Assembly (NCBI GenBank): GCA_027035575.1
Contig: JALVUQ010000048.1
Span: 20,958-84,957 of the forward strand
Direction of reading: 5' to 3'
DNA length: 64,000 nt
DNA from: Desulfurellales bacterium
GTDB lineage: Bacteria; Campylobacterota_A; Desulfurellia; Desulfurellales; Hippeaceae
Each line of letters begins with the position of its first letter. Position 1 is the first letter of the stretch. Below are positions 22,043-31,194 of the stretch, piece by piece. The position numbers and the translations under genes were made by a program. The notes under the pieces were generated by a model. It had not been told where the DNA came from. It did no database searches and worked only from the letters and a program-made list of their open reading frames with translations.

Positions 22043-23068
22043 ATGGACAAAAATAAACTTGAATCGTTGAATATGGCAATATCAAAAATCGAAAAGGCTT
22101 ACGGCAAGGGCTCTTTAATGAAGCTCGGAGAAAAACAGGCTGTAGATGTCAATGTAATTTCAACAGGCGTTCTGTCTTTGGATTATGCGCTCGGCGTTTG
22201 CGGAATACCAAGAGGCAGAATAACGGAAATCTACGGTCCTGAATCAAGCGGTAAAACAACACTTGCTCTGCACTGCGTTGCAAGCGCACAAAAAGAGGGG
22301 GGCATAGCCGCTTTTGTTGATGCCGAACACGCCCTTGATGTAGCATATGCGCACAATTTGGGCGTAGATGTTGACAATCTATTGATAAGCCAACCCGATT
22401 CGGGCGAACAGGCGCTTGAAATTATAGACACCCTCATAAGAAGCAACGCCGTTGACATAATTGTTGTTGACTCCGTTGCAGCCTTGGTTCCCCAAGCGGA
22501 AATTGAAGGCAGTATGGGCGATTCGCACGTAGGATTGCAGGCAAGGCTGATGAGTCAGGCATTGAGAAAACTTACAGGGGCAATAAGCAAGTCGAATACG
22601 TCGGTTATATTCCTCAATCAGATAAGAATGAAAATCGGTGTTATGTTCGGCAATCCCGAAACAACAACAGGGGGAAACGCCCTTAAATTTTATGCCTCTG
22701 TCAGGATAGACATAAGAAAGCTCGGAGCATCCCTAAAAAACGGACAGGATGTTATAGGTAATCACACAAAGGTGAAGGTTGTAAAAAATAAAGTTGCTCC
22801 GCCGTTTAGAGAAGCAGAATTCGACATTATGTACGGAAGCGGAATAGACATATTCGGTGATTTGATCGATTTGGCGGTTAAACACGAAATAGTAGAAAAA
22901 AGCGGTTCGTGGTTTTCCTACAAAAACGAGCGCTTGGGGCAGGGTAAGGAAAAAGCCAAAGAGTTTTTAAAAGAAAGGGAAGATTTGGTTAAAGAGATTG
23001 AAACAAATGTCAGAGAAAAGTTGAACTGCTTCAAAAAACAAGATAACGAGGACAAAGATGAATCTTGA
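22043..23068 (+). CDS. recA: Recombinase A
   Basis: 341 aa. Walker [19 protein letters not shown] and [34 protein letters not shown], plus an acidic C-terminus. Confidence 0.97.
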   Translation: MDKNKLESLNMAISKIEKAYGKGSLMKLGEKQAVDVNVISTGVLSLDYALGVCGIPRGRITEIYGPESSGKTTLALHCVASAQKEGGIAAFVDAEHALDVAYAHNLGVDVDNLLISQPDSGEQALEIIDTLIRSNAVDIIVVDSVAALVPQAEIEGSMGDSHVGLQARLMSQALRKLTGAISKSNTSVIFLNQIRMKIGVMFGNPETTTGGNALKFYASVRIDIRKLGASLKNGQDVIGNHTKVKVVKNKVAPPFREAEFDIMYGSGIDIFGDLIDLAVKHEIVEKSGSWFSYKNERLGQGKEKAKEFLKEREDLVKEIETNVREKLNCFKKQDNEDKDES

Positions 23069-24128
23069 TGAAATTTTGAAGATTGGCGTTGAAAAAGGAG
23101 CATCCGACGTCCATTTAAAAGTTGGCTCTGTTCCGCTTTTCAGAATAAATGCCGATATTGTAAAAAGCGAACTCGAGGCTATAACAAAAGAGGATTTCGA
23201 AGCCTTTATAGCGCAGATGAATATAGATAAATTCCTGCTTGATAAGCTTGCAGCAAACAGACAGGCTGATATAGGCTACGGTGTCAGCGGTGTAGGCAGA
23301 TTCAGAGTAAACCTTTTTCACCAAAGAGGGACGCTTGCGGGCGTTTTCAGGTTTATACCGTTTGCAATCCCCTCTCTAAAGGAACTCAGACTTCCCGATG
23401 TCATAGAAACAATTGCAATGAAACCGAGAGGCTTGATACTCGTAACAGGAATAACGGGAAGCGGAAAATCAACAACGTTAGCCTCTATGGTTAATATTAT
23501 AAATAAAAACAAACGCAAACACATTATCACCATAGAAGACCCTATAGAGTACCTCCATACAGACATAAACTCTTCGGTCATTCAAAGACAGGTGGGTTAT
23601 GACACCGTAAGCTTTGCAAGCGGACTAAAGGGAGCATTAAGAGAAGACCCGGATGTCATTCTTGTGGGTGAGATGAGAGACAGGGAAACAATAACAACGG
23701 CAATTGAAGCCGTGGAAACAGGACATCTTGTTATGTCAACACTTCATACCAAAGATGCCACCGAAACCATAAACAGAATTATAGCATCGTTTGATTTAAA
23801 TCAGCAGCACCAGATAAGGCTTGAGCTGTCTTCCACCATAGAAGCGGTTATTTCGCAAAGATTAATACCCAAAAAAGACGGAAACGGTATGGTTCCTGCC
23901 GTGGAAATTATGATAGCAACCGAGTTTGTTAGAGAGGCAATTCTCGATGCCGATAAAAGCATAAATATAAAAAGGTCTATAGAGATGAACGAGGATACAT
24001 ACGGAACGCAAACTTTTGACAAATCGCTTATGGAGCTTTACAAAGCCGGAGAAATTTCTCTGTCCAAAGCTCTTGAGTTTGCATCCAATCCTAATGACTT
24101 TGAGCTCAAGGTGCGCGGCATAGAATAA
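23058..24128 (+). CDS. pilT: PilT-type type IV pilus retraction (twitching motility) ATPase
   Basis: 356 aa. GASDVHL, Walker [11 protein letters not shown], Asp/His boxes ([36 protein letters not shown]). The ATG lies 11 nt inside the recA 3' end, with GAGGA 5 nt upstream. Confidence 0.88.
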   Translation: MNLDEILKIGVEKGASDVHLKVGSVPLFRINADIVKSELEAITKEDFEAFIAQMNIDKFLLDKLAANRQADIGYGVSGVGRFRVNLFHQRGTLAGVFRFIPFAIPSLKELRLPDVIETIAMKPRGLILVTGITGSGKSTTLASMVNIINKNKRKHIITIEDPIEYLHTDINSSVIQRQVGYDTVSFASGLKGALREDPDVILVGEMRDRETITTAIEAVETGHLVMSTLHTKDATETINRIIASFDLNQQHQIRLELSSTIEAVISQRLIPKKDGNGMVPAVEIMIATEFVREAILDADKSINIKRSIEMNEDTYGTQTFDKSLMELYKAGEISLSKALEFASNPNDFELKVRGIE

Positions 24129-24130
24129 TT

Positions 24131-24574
24131 ATGAATAAGGAAAACAGGGCATTGAAATACGCACTGAACATACTAAACAAAAAAGACTATACTCATAAGG
24201 AAATGATTGACAAATTACGTTTAAAAGATTTTGACGAACAATCAATTGACGAAACGATGCGATACCTGCTGGATAATAACTTCTTAAACGACGACAGGTT
24301 TGTGGAAAATTTCGTCTATTTCAGACTTAAAAACGGCTACGGAAAGAAAAGAATAGAGTATGAGTTGAAAAAAAAAGGTATAAATGAAGAGTTAATCGAT
24401 AAATATGTTAAAACCGCAGACGAAACGGAGGCTGCAAAGTCCGCATTTAAAGCCAAAGCAGAGCATATCAAAAACGATAAAAACAGAAGGTCTAAGCTGT
24501 TCGCTTTTCTTGCAAGAAGAGGCTTTGACTACGAGATAATAAACAGACTTTTAAACAAAGAGGTAGAAGGATGA
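24131..24574 (+). CDS. recX: RecA regulator RecX
   Basis: 147 aa of three-helix repeats, with YLLDNNFLNDDRFVENFV and GYGKKRIEYELKKKGI motifs. Position upstream of alaS. Confidence 0.85.
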   Translation: MNKENRALKYALNILNKKDYTHKEMIDKLRLKDFDEQSIDETMRYLLDNNFLNDDRFVENFVYFRLKNGYGKKRIEYELKKKGINEELIDKYVKTADETEAAKSAFKAKAEHIKNDKNRRSKLFAFLARRGFDYEIINRLLNKEVEG

Positions 24575-27177
24575 AATCGAGTGATTTGAGAGAGGCTTTT
24601 TTAAACTATTTTAAGGATAACTCGCACACGATAGTAAAAAGTGCATCGCTTGTTCCGCAAAACGACCCGAGTTTGCTGTTCGTTAATGCCGGTATGGTGC
24701 AGTTTAAAGATGTTTTTTTGGGCAAAGAGAAAAGGGATTACAAAAGAGCAACAAGCTGCCAAAAATGCGTACGTGCGGGAGGCAAACACAACGACTTGGA
24801 AAATGTAGGATATACGGCAAGGCACCACACCTTCTTTGAGATGCTCGGCAACTTTTCATTCGGAGATTATTTTAAAAAAGAAGCGATACATTTCGGATGG
24901 GAGTTTATAACAAAAACGCTCGGCTTGCCTGAAGATAAGCTGTGGGTTACGGTTTTTGAAGAAGATGACGATGCTTTTGAGATATGGAACAAGCAGGAAG
25001 GTGTTGCCTCCTCAAGAATAGTCAGAATGGGCGCAAAAGACAATTTTTGGGCTATGGGAGACACAGGACCCTGCGGACCTTGCTCCGAAATACATATAGA
25101 CCAGGGACCGGAAGTAGGTTGCGGCAGAAAAGAGTGCTCCGTTGCCTGTGATTGCGACAGATATCTTGAGCTGTGGAATCTGGTTTTTATGCAGTTTAAC
25201 AGAGATTCGTCGGGAAATATGACGCCGCTGCCCAAGCCGAGTATAGATACGGGACTCGGTCTTGAGAGGGTCAGCGCCATACTTCAAGGTGTTCACAGCA
25301 ACTTCGATACAGACCTGTTTGTTCCGATAATTAACAGCGTAAGCGACTTTTTCGGCATTAAGTACGGGCATCAAGAGGATGCGGATATTGCCGTAAGGGT
25401 TATTGCAGACCATCTAAGAGCAACCGATTTTCTTATTGCCGACGGCGTATTCCCCGATAAAGAAGGACGGGGGTATGTTTTAAGAAGAATAATGAGAAGG
25501 GCTATGCGTTTTGGCAAAAAACTCGGCGTAAAAGAGCCGTTTTTACATAAATTTATCGATTTAGTTAATCAAGAGATGGGTAACATCTATCCTGAGCTTA
25601 TCCAAAACAGGGATATGGTTGTAAATATAGTAAAAAACGAGGAAGAGCAGTTTTTTGAAACCCTCGGTGAAGGACTTAAAATTCTAAACGACATATTCAA
25701 GCGCTCATCGGGGAGTTACATAGACGGAAAAGACGCTTTTAAGCTCTACGATACATACGGATTCCCGATAGACTTAACGGTTGATATTGCAAAAGAAAAC
25801 GGTTTTAAGGTTGATATGGAAAAATTCAACGAGCTGCTTGAAAAACAGAGAGAAACATCAAAGGCAAACTGGAGGGGGGCAGGAGGTAAGAGCATTGCCG
25901 AAATCGTAGGAGAAGCTTATAAAAAAAGCGGAAAAACGGAATTTGTAGGATACGATAAATTTGAGTGTGAGGCAACGCTCCTTTCTATAATAGACGAAAA
26001 TGACAGCATTGTCGAACAGACACAAAAAAAAGGCACATACCACCTGATTTTTGACAAAACACCATTCTATGCCGAAAGCGGCGGTCAAATATCCGATAGC
26101 GGCTTTATCTTTGACAAAAACAGTAAGGCTTTTGTGGAAGATGTGCAAAAATATTTTAACGGCAATTTGTTTGTTCACACGGTCAAAGTCTTAGGCGGAG
26201 AGTTTTATGTAAATAAGCGCTACACGCTTAGAATAAACGTAGCAAAAAGGAAAGATGTCGCAAGACACCATACGGCTACACATCTTCTTGATTCTGCTTT
26301 GATGAAGGTTTTGGGAAAACACGTACGACAAGCCGGCTCTCTGGTTGAGGATACGCGTCTTAGATTTGATTTCACACATTTTTCAAAGCCATCTGAGAAG
26401 GAGTTGGATGACATAGAGATGATGATAAATGCCTGGATTGTGGAAAATTATCCCGTAACAACACAAATTATGAGCATTGATGAGGCAATGAGGAGCGGCG
26501 CGGTTGCCCTGTTTGAGGAAAAATACGAAGATACCGTCAGGGTCGTCTCGGTTGACGGCGTAAGCAAGGAGCTGTGCGGAGGAACGCATATAAAGGCAAC
26601 AGGCGAGATAGGTCTGTTCAAAATTATTTCAGAAAGCGCTCTGTCCAAAGGTGTCAGGCGCATAGAGGCAAAAGTTGGAATCAACGCATACGAATACATA
26701 AAACAAAGGGATAAAATTTTAAAGTCAATATCGCATAAATTGGGTGTGGGTATCTTTGATATTGACAAAAAAATCGAGGAGTTAAAAACAAAAAAACCTG
26801 CCAAGCAGGAGACTGTTAACGCTGAATTTGATAAAAACAACATAAAAAACGTCAACGGCATAGATGTCTATGTTCAAACCTTCAGTGACCTTGACATTTC
26901 TCAGCTCAGGCATATAGGTGATAATATAAAGGCAAAACTGGGTTCTGGAGTTGTGCTGCTTTTTAACAAGAAAGACGGTAAGGTAAATGTTATTGCTATG
27001 GTAACAAAAGACGTAACAAACGCCCTAAAGGCAAAGGATATAGTTTATAAGGTTTCAAAAAAGATAGAAGGAAAGGGCGGAGGCAAAGACGAGTTTGCCC
27101 AGGGCGGCGGAAAAGACGCAAATAAGATAAGCTACGTAGCGGAACATCTTGAAGAATTTATAACCGTCGGAGGCTGA
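24571..27177 (+). CDS. alaS: Alanine--tRNA ligase
   Basis: 868 aa. FTNAGM-like FVNAGMVQFKD, RHHTFFEMLGNFSFGDYFK, editing-domain HTATHLL...CGGTH, and a C-terminal DHHA1-like GGGKDEFAQGGG. Confidence 0.97.
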   Translation: MKSSDLREAFLNYFKDNSHTIVKSASLVPQNDPSLLFVNAGMVQFKDVFLGKEKRDYKRATSCQKCVRAGGKHNDLENVGYTARHHTFFEMLGNFSFGDYFKKEAIHFGWEFITKTLGLPEDKLWVTVFEEDDDAFEIWNKQEGVASSRIVRMGAKDNFWAMGDTGPCGPCSEIHIDQGPEVGCGRKECSVACDCDRYLELWNLVFMQFNRDSSGNMTPLPKPSIDTGLGLERVSAILQGVHSNFDTDLFVPIINSVSDFFGIKYGHQEDADIAVRVIADHLRATDFLIADGVFPDKEGRGYVLRRIMRRAMRFGKKLGVKEPFLHKFIDLVNQEMGNIYPELIQNRDMVVNIVKNEEEQFFETLGEGLKILNDIFKRSSGSYIDGKDAFKLYDTYGFPIDLTVDIAKENGFKVDMEKFNELLEKQRETSKANWRGAGGKSIAEIVGEAYKKSGKTEFVGYDKFECEATLLSIIDENDSIVEQTQKKGTYHLIFDKTPFYAESGGQISDSGFIFDKNSKAFVEDVQKYFNGNLFVHTVKVLGGEFYVNKRYTLRINVAKRKDVARHHTATHLLDSALMKVLGKHVRQAGSLVEDTRLRFDFTHFSKPSEKELDDIEMMINAWIVENYPVTTQIMSIDEAMRSGAVALFEEKYEDTVRVVSVDGVSKELCGGTHIKATGEIGLFKIISESALSKGVRRIEAKVGINAYEYIKQRDKILKSISHKLGVGIFDIDKKIEELKTKKPAKQETVNAEFDKNNIKNVNGIDVYVQTFSDLDISQLRHIGDNIKAKLGSGVVLLFNKKDGKVNVIAMVTKDVTNALKAKDIVYKVSKKIEGKGGGKDEFAQGGGKDANKISYVAEHLEEFITVGG

Positions 27178-27178
27178 T

Positions 27179-27436
27179 ATGCTAAAAGAACTTATTTATT
27201 TGGGCGAAGGAATAGAAAAAAGGATTGCAGGCAAAATCAAAGAGCTCGTCGATGAGGGAAAGCAGGGTTATGAAGATAAAGACCTGCTCGAAATAGGCAA
27301 AGAACACCTTAAAAAAAGGAAGAGACAGCTTGATAAGCTGTTTCTTGACGATTTTAAAAGTATGGCTGAAGAAATAGGGTTGGCTACTAAAAAGGATATT
27401 GAGGAACTCAAAGAGTACATCAAAAACAAGGCTTAG
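27179..27436 (+). CDS. Hypothetical small charged, predicted helical/coiled-coil protein (85 aa)
   Basis: ORF tightly packed between alaS and the MEMO gene. K/E/L-rich, with no recognisable catalytic motif. Weak resemblance to phasin-like small helical proteins, but I cannot assign it. Confidence 0.5.
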   Translation: MLKELIYLGEGIEKRIAGKIKELVDEGKQGYEDKDLLEIGKEHLKKRKRQLDKLFLDDFKSMAEEIGLATKKDIEELKEYIKNKA

Positions 27437-27439
27437 GGT

Positions 27440-28243
27440 ATGTTTGTAAGAAAAGCTGTAGTAGCCGGGGCGTTTTATCCTGCAAGTTGGGATGAAACAA
27501 AAAATTATTTAAAAAGCATAATCGAGCCTGTGAAACAAAAAATCAAACCCAAAGCGATTATTGTGCCTCACGCCGGTTATGTATATTCTGCCCGGGTTGC
27601 GGCAAAAGCCTATGAATTGATAGAAAGCTACGACACATATATCGTTTTGGGAGTTAACCATACCGGCTTGGGAGAAGAGATATCGGTTTTTGAGGGCGAA
27701 TACGAAATGCCGTTTGGTAACCTGAAAACGGATAGTGAAATTTTAAACCTTATTGTTGAAAACTCACCCGCCAAAAAAGATATTTATGCACACCTGCAGG
27801 AACACAGCATAGAGGTGCAGCTGCCTTTTATAGAGTATATATCAAACAAACCGTACAAGATTGTACCTATTGTTGTCGGAACACACAACAGACAAAAGCT
27901 CAAAGAGCTGGGTACTGCGATAGCAGATGCGATAAAATCGACTGATAAGGATGTTTTAATCGTTGTAAGCAGCGATATGAATCACTACGAAGACCAAAAG
28001 ACAACCCTCAAAAAAGACACCCTTGCGCTTGATAAAATAATCAACCTGGACGAAGAGGGGCTGTTGGATGTTACGGAGCACTACAACATCTCTATGTGCG
28101 GTGCGGCGCCAAGTTATGCCTGCATTGTATCTGCAAAACTCTTAGGCTCAAAAAAGGCATCCCTTGTTGCCCACAGAACAAGCGGAGAAGTTAATATGGA
28201 TTTTAACCGGGTGGTAGGGTATGCTTCCTTAATTGTGGAATGA
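27440..28243 (+). CDS. MEMO1-family protein (AmmeMemoRadiSam system protein B type)
   Basis: 267 aa with AGAFYP, IIVPHAGYVYSARVAAKAY, HSIEVQLPFI and SSDMNHY motifs. Confidence 0.82.
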   Translation: MFVRKAVVAGAFYPASWDETKNYLKSIIEPVKQKIKPKAIIVPHAGYVYSARVAAKAYELIESYDTYIVLGVNHTGLGEEISVFEGEYEMPFGNLKTDSEILNLIVENSPAKKDIYAHLQEHSIEVQLPFIEYISNKPYKIVPIVVGTHNRQKLKELGTAIADAIKSTDKDVLIVVSSDMNHYEDQKTTLKKDTLALDKIINLDEEGLLDVTEHYNISMCGAAPSYACIVSAKLLGSKKASLVAHRTSGEVNMDFNRVVGYASLIVE

Positions 28244-29652
28244 GCCGCCTTCTTTACGATTTTCCATTCTTTTTCGTATTTACGGGCATCCTCGCCTTTG
28301 CTTTATATAAAGAAAGCCTAAGCATCTTCTGGTTATTTCTTATCGTATCTTTACTGTCTTTATTGAGATTCAGAGTGTTTATCCTTTGCGCTGTCTTTGT
28401 TGCTGCAATCTATTTTTTATCTGCAAACCATAAACCCGATATAAGCAAAACAAAAGGCGTCTTTAAAGGCACTGTGTATGATATAAGAAACAGCAGCCAC
28501 CTGACCTTTTATGTAAAAACAAAAAATGCCAAAATGCTTATCTTTGCTCCGAAAGTCTATGACAACATAAACCTGTACGATAAAATAACATTTAAGGCAA
28601 AACTTACGTCGAATATAAAAAATCCGGCTTTTAGAAAATACCTGCACTCAAAAGATATATGTCTTATCGGTTTTGCAGGCTGTATTAAAAAAATCGGCTA
28701 TACAACGAATATTTTTTCTTTTATGGAGCGCATAAGACAAAAAACGGAGAAAGAATTTTACTACTTTTTGCACAACAAAGAGTATCTCTTTTTGCAAAAC
28801 GCCGTATTCGGAGATTCAAAAAACAAGGCTGGCATAAAGAATATGTTTATAAACACGCAAACGGCTCATATAATGTCTGTTTCCGGTCTGCATATGGGTT
28901 TTGTGTTCGGACTGTTCTATGCGCTTTTTTATTTTATATTCTCACGCATAGGCTTTATCTATAAAAGGTTTTCCATAAAAACAGGCGCTTCGCTGTTTGC
29001 TGTTTTGCCTACGCTTATCTACTTCACTTTAAGCGGTATGCACATTCCCGCAATCAGGTCTTTTTTAATGGTCTTGATATTTGTTTTAGCTCTAATTTAC
29101 GGCAGGATTAAAAACTCATACAACGTACTGTTTTTTATTGCATCCGTAATGGTTCTGCTGTTCGGCTATTCAACCGTATTCAATCCGTCTTTTGTTATGT
29201 CCTTCTTTATGAGCTTTGTTGCAATATACCTATATTCTTTCATACAAAAAAATTTAAACACTCCAAAGCTGCTTGCATATACAACTTTCAGCGTGCTTAT
29301 CGGTATCTTTGCAATGCCAATCAGCGCTTTCTATTTCCACAAGATTGCATATCTGTCTTTTATCAGCAACTTTATTGTCGTTCCCTATTTCGGTTTCGTT
29401 GTTATGCCTGCTTCGTTTACTGCAATGCTTGTATCTTTTTTGCCAATCTTTTTCATTAAGTATGCCGTGTTTTATGTTGTGAATTTTGCAACTTTTTTAC
29501 TGCTAAAAACGGTGGAACTGTTTTCTTTTATAAAGCCTCTCAATGTTTCCTTAAATCTGCTTACGGTTTTGATTTTATATGCCGTTATGTTTTTACTGAT
29601 TGAGGCTTACAAAAGAGGTTATCCTAAAACAATCTCAACATCATCCAGGTAA
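28240..29652 (+). CDS. comEC: ComEC/Rec2 family DNA internalisation channel protein (short form, no C-terminal metallo-beta-lactamase domain)
   Basis: 470-aa polytopic protein. N-terminal OB-like segment, then the competence-domain signature TQTAHIMSVSGLHMGFV. The ORF ends right after the membrane domain. Confidence 0.8.
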   Translation: MSRLLYDFPFFFVFTGILAFALYKESLSIFWLFLIVSLLSLLRFRVFILCAVFVAAIYFLSANHKPDISKTKGVFKGTVYDIRNSSHLTFYVKTKNAKMLIFAPKVYDNINLYDKITFKAKLTSNIKNPAFRKYLHSKDICLIGFAGCIKKIGYTTNIFSFMERIRQKTEKEFYYFLHNKEYLFLQNAVFGDSKNKAGIKNMFINTQTAHIMSVSGLHMGFVFGLFYALFYFIFSRIGFIYKRFSIKTGASLFAVLPTLIYFTLSGMHIPAIRSFLMVLIFVLALIYGRIKNSYNVLFFIASVMVLLFGYSTVFNPSFVMSFFMSFVAIYLYSFIQKNLNTPKLLAYTTFSVLIGIFAMPISAFYFHKIAYLSFISNFIVVPYFGFVVMPASFTAMLVSFLPIFFIKYAVFYVVNFATFLLLKTVELFSFIKPLNVSLNLLTVLILYAVMFLLIEAYKRGYPKTISTSSR

Positions 29653-30365
29653 TTCACACCCGCTTTTGAACGGAAGCTCTTCTTGTAGAAAGAAAACTCC
29701 AAAAATCCTGCGGAGTTGATTACTGCCAATGCGCCTGAGGTCTTATCTGAATAGGTTTTGTTCAGCTTATTGAATGTAAATGACTTAATCTTTATCAGCT
29801 TGAACTGTTTTGCAAACAGGCGCTCCTCTATGTTTGTTATGCAGTTGCCGAACCTGTCGATGTAAACAATTTTCCCTTTGATTATGCTTTTTCTTTTAAC
29901 GGGAAACAGCTTGGGGCTTGACAATTTGCACGGTTTACCCAAACTTTCAATGCCCTGTTTATATAGTTTGTACGCAGCAGGAACCATAATGCCGTATCCT
30001 TCGAATGTCTTGAAAGAGGCGGGGTTTATTTTCTTCTTGTCTATTTTTACTACAACCTCAGGTTCAATTAAGGACAGGCTTTCGTTATCGGGAGCTATAA
30101 TGTACGAAGATTGGAATTTGACGGCAACTATATCCCTTTTGCTGCCGACTCCGGGGTCAACAACAACTATATGAATAGAACCTTTTTCAAAATCCAAAAG
30201 GGCAGTTCTTACTATGTATGCAGCCTCTACGGCATTAAAAGGTGAAATGTTGTGCGTTACATCGATAATTGTCACATCGTCTTTAAACAGTTTTAATATG
30301 AGGGCTTTCAGTCTTGCTGCAAAACCGCCCGAATCGGAAAAATCAGTTGTTAGGGTTAGAATCAT
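29619..30365 (-). CDS. SAM hydrolase / SAM-dependent halogenase family protein (DUF62)
   Basis: 248 aa. N-terminal LTLTTDFSDSGGF and VVDPGVGSKRD motifs are typical of S-adenosyl-L-methionine hydroxide adenosyltransferase-like proteins. Confidence 0.8.
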   Translation of the reverse strand: MILTLTTDFSDSGGFAARLKALILKLFKDDVTIIDVTHNISPFNAVEAAYIVRTALLDFEKGSIHIVVVDPGVGSKRDIVAVKFQSSYIIAPDNESLSLIEPEVVVKIDKKKINPASFKTFEGYGIMVPAAYKLYKQGIESLGKPCKLSSPKLFPVKRKSIIKGKIVYIDRFGNCITNIEERLFAKQFKLIKIKSFTFNKLNKTYSDKTSGALAVINSAGFLEFSFYKKSFRSKAGVNYLDDVEIVLG

Positions 30366-31134
30366 TGATTTCTTTCAGCAGCTTCAACTTTAATGTATAA
30401 TAGGTGGCATCGTCGTTTTTTATCTTATCGAGCTGCTCCCTTGCCTTATCGAACATAGAGAGCTTCATATAGCAGAGAGCTTTCATATAGTCTATGTAGT
30501 AGGAGGGTCCTATATACTGCTCCATTTTGTACAGACTCGTCAAAGCCCTAAGGTAGTGTTTTTGCATAAGCTCCACCGATATGAGGCTCCTCCAATATAC
30601 CGTATTTTTATAGTTTGAAAACATCAGCGCGCTTTCGATGTCGTTTTGAGCGGCTTTCAGCTTGCCGAGTTTCAGATAAACCCTTGAGCGGTTGAAAAAA
30701 GCCACATCCGGGTGCATATAGAGAGGGTTTTTTATCAATCGTGTAAACATATCCAACGCCCTTGAGTAAAATCCCTCTTCAAAATCATATATGCCCAACG
30801 CGTTGTATGCATCAAAAAACTTCTTGTCCTTTTCTATGGCTTTGTTAAGGTATATAACATACTCCTTTTTATCATTACGCATCTGGTAAGCCAAAGCCAT
30901 CATATAGTACATTTTGGGGTCGTTGGGAAAGACCTTAACAGCCTGATTCAAATATCTAAAAGCATCCGGGAGTCTGGAGTAGTCTTTGTGCAGTATGATA
31001 TTTCTTGCCATCTCATACTTCAGTATTGCAATCTTCTCCTGCTTTTGTTGGCTTTGCTGAGCATTTCTCGTTGTTGCACAGGACGATAGAGCCAAAGACA
31101 AAACAACAATAAAAAGATAGATAATTTTTTTCAT
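30343..31134 (-). CDS. TPR-repeat lipoprotein, PilW/PilF-like
   Basis: Signal peptide plus lipobox (LALSSC). About six TPR-like repeats. The pattern NPLYMHPDVAFFNRSRVYLKLGKLKAAQNDIESAL resembles type IV pilus biogenesis/stability TPR lipoproteins. The assignment is tentative. Confidence 0.6.
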   Translation of the reverse strand: MKKIIYLFIVVLSLALSSCATTRNAQQSQQKQEKIAILKYEMARNIILHKDYSRLPDAFRYLNQAVKVFPNDPKMYYMMALAYQMRNDKKEYVIYLNKAIEKDKKFFDAYNALGIYDFEEGFYSRALDMFTRLIKNPLYMHPDVAFFNRSRVYLKLGKLKAAQNDIESALMFSNYKNTVYWRSLISVELMQKHYLRALTSLYKMEQYIGPSYYIDYMKALCYMKLSMFDKAREQLDKIKNDDATYYTLKLKLLKEINDSNPNN

Positions 31135-31154
31135 TTTTTCACCTCTTATTCTGC

Positions 31155-31182
31155 ATTATAAATCAAGATTCGTTTAAGTCAA
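31155..31182 (-). promoter_or_regulatory. Candidate sigma70-type promoter for the TPR-lipoprotein/DUF62 pair
   Basis: Minus strand TTGACT - 16 nt - TATAAT, about 20 nt upstream of the ATG. AGAGGTG Shine-Dalgarno in between. Confidence 0.5.
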
Positions 31183-31194
31183 GCAGCTTAAAGT

